DNA from: Phoronis australis
Lineage: Eukaryota; Animalia; Phoronida
Reading direction: 5' to 3'
DNA: 64,000 nt
Assembly (NCBI GenBank): GCA_002633005.1
Contig: NMRA01000726.1
Coordinates: forward strand, 39,873-103,872
In this document: one piece after another, positions 47,507 to 58,900 of the stretch
Position numbering within the stretch: position 1 is the first letter of the stretch
Layout: each line of letters begins with the position of its first letter
Made by a program: the position numbers and the translations under genes
Notes under the pieces: generated by a model
Databases searched by the model: none
The model's input: only the letters and a program-made list of their open reading frames with translations
Told to the model about the DNA's origin: nothing

Positions 47507-48838
47507 TTGTAATTGTTTAATCGTGACAAGGTAAGTTAATTTTAATGCTCATTAATTGTAGGGGTCCAAAGCATTGATATATTTATGTACCAAAATAACA
47601 CTAATGCTATAGTTTTAACCAGATGGGGTCATAAGGGAACATTAGCCAACGCAAGCATGTATTATCTTATCAATGGTAAAAATTCTCTACTTTGGAAAAG
47701 TCTCTAGAATTTGGAACACAGAAGCTCACACAAAAATCAAATTTTTTGATTCTAGTAGAATTGGGGATGGGGACAATTTAAGCATTTATTTCTCAAATTT
47801 TGGACAATGTGTTTTTTATGTACAGTAATTTTGCAGTCTTTCTCATGATTTTTGAATTAGCCCATTTCTGGAATTTGGTACAAGCCCTGACCTTGAGTAA
47901 GATATTAATTTTTCACTTTTCCAAATTTGAGATTTTCCACCATTCTCATAAAAGTAAAAAACATGAGAAAGCAAAAAAGTAGAAAAAGTAAAAAAAGCAA
48001 AAAAAGTAAAAAGTAACAAAAAAGGTAGTTCTCTTCCAAGGCACAGTGATTTTGTATTAATAAGTCAGAGATGTGTCTTGCTAAAGGAGGTTATCAGCGT
48101 GACGACACAATGACTGGGAAGACCAGTCGTCCACTCCTCAAACTTATTTAATGAAACGTGAAAGCTGAACTTCATGATGTCTTACAATGCTGTTAGACAT
48201 AGACTGTGGATGTCGCACCAAGTTGCTGCGAGGCCACCTGTTGTCAAAAAACTAGCTGTTAATTTCAACCACTTTACTGTCATTGAATTGTAATTTCATG
48301 GGAATTGAGAAGTGTCAGTTGACTATTGGTTGAGTCAGCACATGAAGTGACTAGCCAGCTCAGGGGTTTGTTTCATGAAGTGACTGAAGACTTAGGTTTT
48401 TTGCTCCACAAAACTATCTGAAAAATGATTAAATCTCACTTGAGCAAAAGAACAGTCTTTGAGAATCTATACATCAGTGCTAGTTACTGACGAGATAGTT
48501 TCTGTAAATTAATTTTGTATTGTCATGCGCTCATAACTACTTGGCGAAGGCTTTATTCAGCAGTTGGGAAGAGGGAGTGCCAGACCAAACTATTGTCTCG
48601 AGTCACTTTCATGGAACGGACTCCTGGTCAACTTACAAATTGTCAGTTCTTTCTAAGCGCAGCAATCAATTTTGATCTCCATAAAAAACTAGTCGAGGCC
48701 AGTTTAGTAGACCACGTCAATTTTGTACAAAAGGTGGGTTTATAGTTGGTTTGAAATTTTAATCCTTGAAGAGGGATATGTGTTAGGTCACAAAATAATG
48801 TCCGCATGTATGGAAGAAATCATTAAACAAGGGTCTCA

Positions 48839-48855
48839 AATAAATATAATTTATT
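48839..48855. terminator. Candidate bidirectional poly(A) signal for GCLM (+) and the ASB-like gene (-)
   Basis: AATAAA on + at 48839-48844 and on - at 48850-48855. Confidence 0.45.
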
Positions 48856-49276
48856 GTACTTTTAGAATATCATGTGAATCTTAAATACAAACCTTAATTC
48901 TACTTGTTGACTTCATTCAGAGTTTGTTAAACAATACATACATTGTTGGATAACTTCTTTCTGCATTTCTCGTATTGTCTAAAATATGCCTTGAGTGCGG
49001 ATCGTGTAAGCTACTGCGCAGATGGGATCCACACTCAAGGAGTATTTTTATACAATACGAGAAATGTAGAAAGAATTATCCAACAACAAATATCGTATCG
49101 TCATAAACAAAATCTGCACCAGGGGGCACTATGTCAGAGTGCACATTAAGGAGATTCCATGGTCGTTCCTCTATTCTGGTTATGACCCCTAATTATCAGG
49201 TCTGGACCACCAAACTCGCAGCACAAATGAGATACCGAAAACATTCTAAACACGGTGACTAGACGTCAATACCCTG

Positions 49277-49516
49277 GGGCCAGACCCGGACTGGGCCAGA
49301 CCCAGACTGGGCCAGACCCAGACTGGGCCAAACCCGGACTGGGCCAGACCCGGACTGAGCCAAACCCGGACTGGGCCAGACCCGGACTGGGCCAGACCCG
49401 GACTGAGCCAAACCCGGACTGGGCCAAACCCGGACTGGGCCAGACCCGGACTGGGCCAGACCCGCACTGGGCCAGACCCGGACTGGGCCAGACCCGGACT
49501 GGGCCAGACCCAGACT
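49277..49516. repeat. GC-rich 16-bp minisatellite, ~15 copies
   Basis: (GGGCCAGACCCGGACT)n, 40 bp past the ASB-like stop codon. Confidence 0.95.
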
Positions 49517-49555
49517 TGGATTTGGCTTAGGAATCTTTGCCCAACATTTCCACCT

Positions 49556-49901
49556 TTACTTCTCTGCACAATTAATCTCCTTATCCTGAAGAGTAATAAA
49601 ACACTTGAGCGCCCTCGGCAGGCACAGTCTATCAACACTGGATGAGATTTCAGCACCCTTTCGACACCAACTCAAGTGCTTTCGTAACACATGTCGACAC
49701 CACTCTCGTAGTGACCACGGTTGCTGAATACGTTCCCGTAGGTACATTAGAATCTCATTGGTAGACGCGTTGCCGAACTGCAGGTTTATCCAACTACGTT
49801 CCTGTTGCACTAGCCAACCGGACTCGACGAGATAGCGTACCAGGTCAAACTGACCATAACGCGTAAGCAGACAGATGGGCGACCTCTGGAGGCGGGATGT
49901 G
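49556..49901 (-). CDS. ASB-like exon 7 (SOCS box)
   Basis: SPICLLTRYGQFDLVRYLVESGW...PWSLREWCRHVLR...LCLPRALK then TAA. Confidence 0.9.
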
Positions 49902-52900
49902 CTGGAAAGAATAGACTGCACGTTGCAGCACAGAAATTTCACACAAAAACGGGCCACTTATTTAGCATTACGTTATTTTGACGTTTTGGACCTAGACAAA
50001 TAAAATTAATGTGACCAAATTAATAACAACAATAATTAAATCATGAGTACTTTGAAGATCATCTCCTAGACATGGACCTGGTCAATCATAATTCTTCAAA
50101 ATTCCCAGGGAACATACAATGGGTGCACACCGATTCATCCAAACACTTAATTTTGTAAACAATTTAAGAGCTATATTGCCTCAGTGATACTACTTTTTAT
50201 GAAGATTTTACTCCCCACCATTTTGTGTCTAAAATAAATGCAACTTCACCACAGTATATCCGGATTTAAAATTAGACCTGTACTCTCCATTGAGCCAATA
50301 ATAATGCCATGAACACGCCCCTTTAAACAAGAGTTGTTATCACAACAGGATACAAAGTTAATTCTATCAGGTACAGCTTCTAATGTGAGTTAGTGATGCC
50401 GATATGTATTAGCTAATGAGCGATGCTGAAAACTAATTTTTCATAGTTTCCATCTGTTTTCATGTCCCAAAAAGAAAAAAATAGAGAACAGGGCTTGAGT
50501 GCTTTCAAGCCTTCTAGTGTATAGATATGATCTGATAAGAAACTGTAACTGCCCTCACTATGTGACCTCATGAATAGATGACTAGCTCCCTAATGAGACT
50601 GGAATGATAACCAGCCTGGCTGACCATGTGACATTGGGGGAATTCAAAAGATTTCTGCCAATTGATCCTAATCCTAAATGAAAAGTTCACAGCATGCAAA
50701 AAAGCAGCTCACCTTGGAGGTGGCCCCAGATGGGCTCCAACAGATGTCAGCACTTTTAATATATTCTCGTCCAATCGACCGATCACAAACTGAAAGGTGA
50801 ACCTGTGTAGAGGAGTGGGCACGTGAGAAGATGATGCGTCGATCAACGCACCTGCTTGGATGAGCCTTTTGACAACTTCACACGCTCTCTGGGCTATATA
50901 GAAAGAAAAGCAACACAGACAGAAAGGTGAGAGCCAATCAAAAGGAGTTCCCTCACTGCATTATACCAGACCTGTATTTGCAGACAGGCCCCATTATAAT
51001 AAGCCTGCGAGAAATTGGCAAGTTTCTGCACAACAGTACAAAATTTTCATGCTATAACTCTTTAGTATATTCCCACGGAAATGAACATAACAAAAACAAA
51101 AGTTTTTCAAATTGAAAGTGTGACTGCAGGGAAAAGGCTCCCAGAATGTTCACCTGTCAAAGTAAGGTGTGTTCTGTCCCTCTCCTGTTCTTCCGCCTGT
51201 TTTCAATACCAGCCACGGTAGATAACACTTGCCTTGTCATTTCATTTGAGTACCACTACCAGAAACAGGCCAATAAAACTAATACAACAGTGGTTTCACC
51301 CAGACACGGTCCGGCTTGATTACAGTGTTACAGTTGTGGTCTGAAGAATTGTCACTATCATTTCGAGTAGTTCACAATATACTTCAAAGCAGAATTTACA
51401 AAAAAATGTGTTAGTATTTGTTCATTGGTTGTGTCAGGTTCATTCATGTTTTAGGTGACTACACAAGTCCACCAGGCACATAGTGTCCCAATGTTTTCTG
51501 TATTTGGTGTTGGTGTGGATGTCAAAAGAGCAGTATCTGGTATCTGTACCGATATCAACTTAGCAGTATTTGGTGTCTACATGGATATCAAGTTAACATT
51601 ATCTGCTTGCTATATACCAATATCAAGTAAGCAGTATCTGGTATCTGTATGGATATCAAGTTAACATTATCTGGCATCTGTACAGATATGAAGTATCCCT
51701 GCCAGTTTTGTAGCAATTTTCTCTAGCAAAGACTTAAAAAGTCCTTTTATTTGATCTTACCTCTTATTATTGCACTATGCAAAGGAGTTAAACCTGTACT
51801 GTCCACCACGTTCACATGGTGACCAGCATCAAGTAACAGGTCTACCACATCTGAAATATCAAACAGTGACATTAGACATTAAACTTCAATCATCATCATC
51901 AAATTTGCTCTCGAACAACCACTAAAACAAAATTGAACACCTAACTGAGATCCCACCACATATATTAACTTTCTTAGCAATTTATTAAAAATTGACAAAA
52001 ACTAACAGAATGCCAAGCTTCCACAACATGATGTTATCATGAGTGATTCTATGCTCATGTTAAAGTCTGAATCATACACATCTTGACAGTGGGAAACTTT
52101 AGCAGCAAGCTTCTGCTGGTAAAGCAGTACTAGTAATTAAGTCAAGGTGTCACTGAACGCTGTATTTCTGAGTTACTAATTGGCTTACAGTAAACGCTCT
52201 CCCGAACGGGACAGTGTCTTTAAAATTTGGGACAAGCAGAAATCGATTATTTTTTATTCTGATTATTAGGGTATGGTCCATGTTAGCGTTCATCATATTT
52301 CTCAAATGATGGATAATGCATCTATAGTCTAAAATCATAATCTCATCAACAAGAGCAACGCGGAACGTTGAAATGCGCCCACGAATGCATCGCAAACAGT
52401 GTGCTTTTAGGGTTATTTATACGTATCATAAAAATGACCACTAGATGGCTCAAAAACATACAATCCATCCAGAAACGGGAACATGCCATATTTCAAACAA
52501 ATCTGTCAAGGAAATTCAGAGAAACAAAAGAACACAGAAAAAAATGAAATTGCCAGTAATCATCTGTTACCTTCATATAAATTTACTTACTAAATTTAAT
52601 AATTAAGATCCTGCAGTGGGTTTTGGAGATACAGCTATGGACACAAAACAAAACAAAACTGCCACTAGGAGGCGTCAGAGTAGTCAGTCGCCATCATCAA
52701 ACGTCCTCTTCACACTGAAAACATATACGCCAATTTTCAAAACCATCCCTAGAATGATTTGGTTGATCAAGGGGCAGGCCTTTATCCAGGATTTCGAAAA
52801 TAGGGTGTCCAAAATGGGGTTCCCAATATTCCAGGGCGTCCATGACTCCGACTCGTAACCCCCCCACCCCCAGCAATCATGAGATAGGTCAAGGCGTTTT

Positions 52901-55900
52901 GGAGATAAAGCAGCGGAAGCCGGACGGACGGACGCTGGATGTATGCCGGACGGACGGACGAAGATGACGGCATAATGCGCCCACATATTTATATGTGGCC
53001 GTATAAAAATGGCTTCTTCACATGTCCTCGTAAATTGTATCGTCCAGGAGAATGATCGTTTGTCATTGATGGTAATTCTTGAATTTGGGACGGCCAATAT
53101 TGCTCATTTCTAAAATTCGGTACATGTTCGGACCATGAGGAAACAAACTTTATTTTTTTGCATAGATAATTACATGCCAATGATGCTTCATAGTTTATTA
53201 TTCTTGATGTAAAGCGTTGCAATGTGCTCCACAAATGCATCACAAACAGTATACTTCAAGGGGTGTTTATTAGCAGCATAAAATGACCACCAGGTGGCAG
53301 ACAAAATGTCGCAACGGTCTGAAAAAGGAAAGGCTTCAACGTATTTGCTAAGTTGCATAAAAGCCTGGCAAGGAAATTCAAAGATACAGAAGCCAACATA
53401 AAATACGTAGAATTGCTATGAGACACTGTTGTAGTTTGATCCGTCCAAGTTACATCTGTTGTAATACCACGTTCATGGGAATACATTATTCATATTTCAC
53501 AAACATCTTGCAAGCTAAAGGTTTAGTAGATATAAATCAGGACGCTAAAAATACAAAATTGCCACCAGGGGTGCCACAGTAGTTGGATCTGTCCGAAAAT
53601 TTGCTTCAGTTGTGGCCTTTACAGCCATGCAAATCAGTCAGAGCTCTGAAGAAATGAAAACTTAAAAAATTGCCAAAAGGGAACAGAGGAGAAGTCAGAT
53701 CTGTCCGAAAGTTGACGCCAATGCTTGTCCAAGAACCATCAAAGGTAGAATTTTTGGCAAGAACACATTAGCCAATTTTCATTATGAGCCTTCAAGTAGT
53801 TTCTGACTGATAGAGAAGCAATCAGCGAAAAAGGACTCAAAAGTAACAAAAAATGGCCAGTAGGTGGTGCAGAATGTATTGAAAGTCTCTACACAAGGTG
53901 TCATCATCTCTTTAGTGGGAACTTATTTGCGAAACTTCTTGAAAATCCATCAAGTAACTCTGAAGATGTATGAGCGGTGCATGACTGAAAAAAGTTGGGC
54001 TATAGCCCCCAAGCCCCGTGGTGCACCGCCCATGAGATGAAGACTAAAGTAAAATTGCCACTATAAGAAACAGTGGTTTAGTCAAATCTGTCCGCAACAA
54101 ACCGTCATCTGTTGTCAGCTTCGAGGAACACATCCGCCAAATTCATAAAGATCCTGCAAGAGGATTTACCGATTTAGCAGCAGAGGACAGGCTCAGACAG
54201 AGATGGTGGCAACATGCATCCACATCGGTGGGTGCATAAAAAAGCTGATTTCAATGAAATACGTTCATAAATATTAGATTTTCATGAATGACACCGTATA
54301 TTCGTCTGCTACAGCAGCATGCCATCCAATCAATTCTTATTAAGAAGCCTTACCCAGGTTTCCCGCACTCGCTGCGTAGTGCAGGCACGTCAAGCCCGTT
54401 GCTGTCCGTATGGCATTTACATCTACCCCTTTCCTTGTTCGCAGGATCATCTCTATCATTTTCGCGTTACTCAGCGCAGCATAGTGCAGAGCTGTAAGAC
54501 CTATAAATATATCACTGAATACAGACTGGCAGCAACATGTTCTTGCACAAGGCACGTCGAGCTCTCGGCCATAGGAATGTGTAAATCTTGAACTGGTGTG
54601 GAAATGTAGATTGCAAACATTTAAGTCTGGCCTGCACGCCACCTGTTGACAACATCACATGACTTAATGGAAATAAGTCTGAAGATTTTAGTTCCAATCA
54701 GGACTCGAACCGGGACTTTTTGCTCAGTAGACTAGAGTGTCTGCACGGTTAGCAGAAGGTCGCGGGTTCAAGTCCCAGTCAGGACAGAAATCCTTTCAGG
54801 TTTTTGTTCATCAGGTCACGTGATGTGGCCAACAGGTGGCGTGAAGCAGATGCCACATTATGCCATAAAACCTTTCTCGGAAAACTCTGTGCCTAAAATA
54901 ATACAAACTCCAACGGTTCTCACACTGGTGTTAGGAGACTATTTTCTAATAGCATTGTCTATTGAAGCGACCTATTGTGTGGGCTGGTTTGCCTAGCTAC
55001 CAGAGTTTGCCATTTTAAAGCCTGAGTCAGGGTATATCTGGCACACAAAGCGACATTAAACTTTTATTTTTCAAAAAAATCTGCCACAATAATGACCTAT
55101 GACTTTCCCGGCTATTGAACTCCATGACTGTCAGGCAATTTATAAAGTTACAAAACAACAAATTTTGCTGTTTCTAGCTAAGGGGTCTTTTTCATAAAAA
55201 GTCACTTAAGCTTAAGACAGGCATTTGGTCTTCCGCTCCCAGTACACAATTGCTCAATAAAGGTTTAAAGTAAATGACTGCATTACATTCACATTTATGA
55301 GTGCATTCTCAAACTTTTTTGCTGAAGTGAGACTTATCCAATGTTTTTTAGAAACGGTTGTGTGGAGCATAAGACCATATTTCTATCTATTATTCTGTAA
55401 GTTGATTTCATGAAACAGAACCCTGGTCGAAGTAATACCGTTAAGTTCAAGAAGTCAATGTTAAACAAAAGTAACCTCTGAAACGCATTGTATTTTTAGC
55501 CATAAAACGATTGCGTCTGATTACATTAAAAATTCTCATATAATGTAACAAGAATCGTGTCTGAGTTTGCAAGTGGAAAGTTTAAAGTTTTGTTTTCTGT
55601 GTTTTGTGAAACTAAGGAAATCGTTCTCAAATTTTGGTGTCTGACTACACATCCTTTATTTTGAGTGACAAGTTCTACTGCTAACTAATTGATTTCGAAA
55701 GTGGTATTTGTCATGCATACCATATCAGGCAAGATTTTCATCCGCATGCAAAATTGAATGCGTAACTCTTAATAATTTACACCAGTTGGCATCTGGATAA
55801 CACAAACCACATTGGACCCTTGGCTATCCAAAACTCATACGGGGTAATAAAACATTGGTTTTCTCAGCCAGTACCACAAGTTATTTGTTAAGCTACATGT

Positions 55901-58900
55901 TTACTTACACAGGCCAAATTGGACAGTTGTATGACTGAGAACACTGTTCACAAAGAACTACTTTCAATAACCTTGCACATCAAGACCTATTGTTCAAAGG
56001 TTTGCATATAATGATAGGATGGAGGTCTGAAACTGGTAAACTTTCTAAGGATAAAGTTTCTGAAATTGAATAACTAGGAAAAGTTAGGTTGTGGTCACCT
56101 TTACATGAAGAAATGAGATCAAAATTAACAAGAGCAACGCGGAGCATTGAAATGCGCCCACGAATGCATTGCAAATGGTGTGGTTTTAGGGTTGTTTATT
56201 TGTGTCATAAAAATGGCCATTAGATGGCGCAGAAAGGTATAACAATCCATCCGAAAACGGGACCATGTCATTGCTTCTTTAATAGAAAGCTATATACCAA
56301 AGTTTGTAGAAATCTGTGACGGAACTTCATAGAAACAAAGGAAAACAGACTGAAATGAAATTGCCAGTAGGGGGCACACTGTTCATTGGATCCGCCTCAA
56401 TGTCGTCATTGTCTGTTGTTAGCTTCATATAAATACACTAAGTCTTACTAATTAAATATAATACAGACCCTGCAGTGGGTTTAGGAGATATAGCTATGGG
56501 CGAAAACAAAACAAAACAAAACTACCACTAGGAGGCGTCACAGTACTCAAAGTTATTATCGTCAACAGTCCTCTTCACACTGAGAACATATACGCCAATT
56601 TTCAAAACCATCCTTAGAACGAATTGGCTGATAGAGAGGTAGACGCCACAAACAGACTCGAAAACAGCAAAAATGGTCACTATAGGTGCAAACTAAGTCG
56701 AATCCGTCTGAAAATGGAAAGATAGTGTCACCTCACTAACAGAAGCCTGTACATCAAATTTTATGCAAATACATTGAGGACCTTTGAAGATACAGAGGTA
56801 AACGTAAAAAATAAATTGCCACTAGGTGGCAAACCAGTCATCAGATCTTTCCAAAAGTCGCCGTGGTCTGTTGTCATCGTCATATAAATGCACTTACTAA
56901 ATTTAGTAAAGATCCGGCAAACGGTTCAGGAGATATAGCCAAAGGTACCAAAAATCTGTCACTAGGAGGCGCCCTAGTAATCAAAGTCGTCGTAAAATCA
57001 TCGTCAACCGTCCTCTTCATAGTAAGAACATACATGTCAATTTTCACAACCATGCTTAGAGCGGCTTGGTTGAAAGAGGGGTGGACGCTAAAAACGGCAA
57101 CTGGGTGGCGCACACTACGTCGAATCCATCCGAAAACAGAAGGATACCGTCGTCTCACTAATAGGTGCCTATATACCAAATTTTGTGAAAATGTGTTGAG
57201 GACCTTGGAACATACTAACTAAAGTTAAACGCAAAAAAGATACAGGGGTAAACGTAAAAAAATAAAATTGCCACTAGGGGGCACACCTGTAATCAAATCC
57301 ATCCGAAAGTTCGCTCATGCCATCCCATCCATAAAAGGAACACATGTGCAAAATTTCATGAACATACGTCAATCAGTTTTGGAGATAGAGCAGCGGACGC
57401 CGGATGCCGTACGGACGCCGCCCGGTCAGACGGACAGAGATGACGGCATAATGCATCCACATATAAATATGTGGGTGCATAAAAATTAGGTTTCGGCTCT
57501 GCGGTACCCATTGGCAGAAAGTAGCTCCATTTGGTTTTTGTAAATTATTGTACTGCATTTCATGATGAACGACGAAAGAATTCGGGAATGTGGACTAGAC
57601 TGATACTTGGATATAACCTCGAGTTGAAACCAAACAGGTTTTTATAATGACCCATTTCCGGGTGTTCATATTTCAGACAGGCAAAACCCTGGATATCACA
57701 ATGTGGATAGACACCGAGTTTCCATCAGACTGATTATTAAAATTCAAACAGAGAAAAGGGGAGAGCAGTGGCGGTGGTCTTCCATTACAGTTCTATTGTA
57801 GAGTAAACCATGGTTACTGACCTATTTAGCAGACAACATGGCGGACTGGTGAAATCATATTTTGTCAAAGTTATTAACAAAAATAAATATTAAGAAAGTT
57901 ATAGGCTATTATTAGCTTGGCTTACATTGAGAAGATGTCAAAGGGCAACATTGTGTAAGGTTTCTATTATTTGAAACAAAATAGTCAGCCTTTGAAAATT
58001 AGAAAAATTGCAATTTTGTGCGAAATAACTGAAAAATTATGGTAACAGAAATTTAGTTCAAGAATAAAGTGTAACATAATCATTTCAGAACAAAATTTGA
58101 TGTAAAAACATATTAAAGTTTTATGAATTTCATAGAGACGAGAATAAATCTCAAAAAATGAAATGAAAGAGGTGTTTCCAAGCAAAAGCCTAGAACATTT
58201 GCATTGCGTTCATCTGTAATGGGAGACAATGAAAGTAACGGAGAGTTTCCACCCTGAACATGAGAACTGTGCTATGTTAGAACGTGACTGTAACCAAAGC
58301 CACTGCAAGAATACGATACTTTCACATTCCATGCACTGAACAGAGTATACTTGGGACACTCCTCGTGGTGAACAGAGTATACTTGGGACACCCCTCGGGG
58401 TTCCTCTTCAGACGAACATGAATGTGATTTTTTAAATCAGTCTCAGCACAAAATTGAACGTGGAACCCCATGGTCGCAGTCAAACACTCTACTGGCGAAG
58501 CAAAACCCCACTAAATAAATAGCAGAGTATCTCAAAAGTATTTAACTTAATTTCAACTACTAGTTTACCACAGACAACCCTTTTCATTTGAAACATAATG
58601 ATAAAAAATGCAACATATTTTGATGTTAAAGCTGTTAACTATAAAAAATGTATCTCATCCAACAGGTTGTTATTAACCAGGAATGTTCCTTTAAGGGGTT
58701 TATTTCCAGCTAAAGGGCACGAAATATATCAAATTTCAGACCATTCCCTGAAGCATACAAGGCACACCTACCCTTGCAATCCTGCAATAGAATGTCAAGA
58801 TCTTGGCAATCTAGCAGCAGACGTAGACAGGCAAGACGTCTGCTAAACACCGCATGGTGCAGTGGCGTTGTTCCATCACTAGCTTGAGAATTAACTTGAG

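Noticed and set aside
49246-49656. Repeat-peptide ORFs (PGLGQTRT / SPGLAQSG)
   Set aside because: Translations of the 16-bp minisatellite; no splice or homology support
54720-54790. Functional tRNA gene
   Set aside because: No acceptor stem, no U33 in the anticodon loop, and it is followed by a repeat body; SINE-derived
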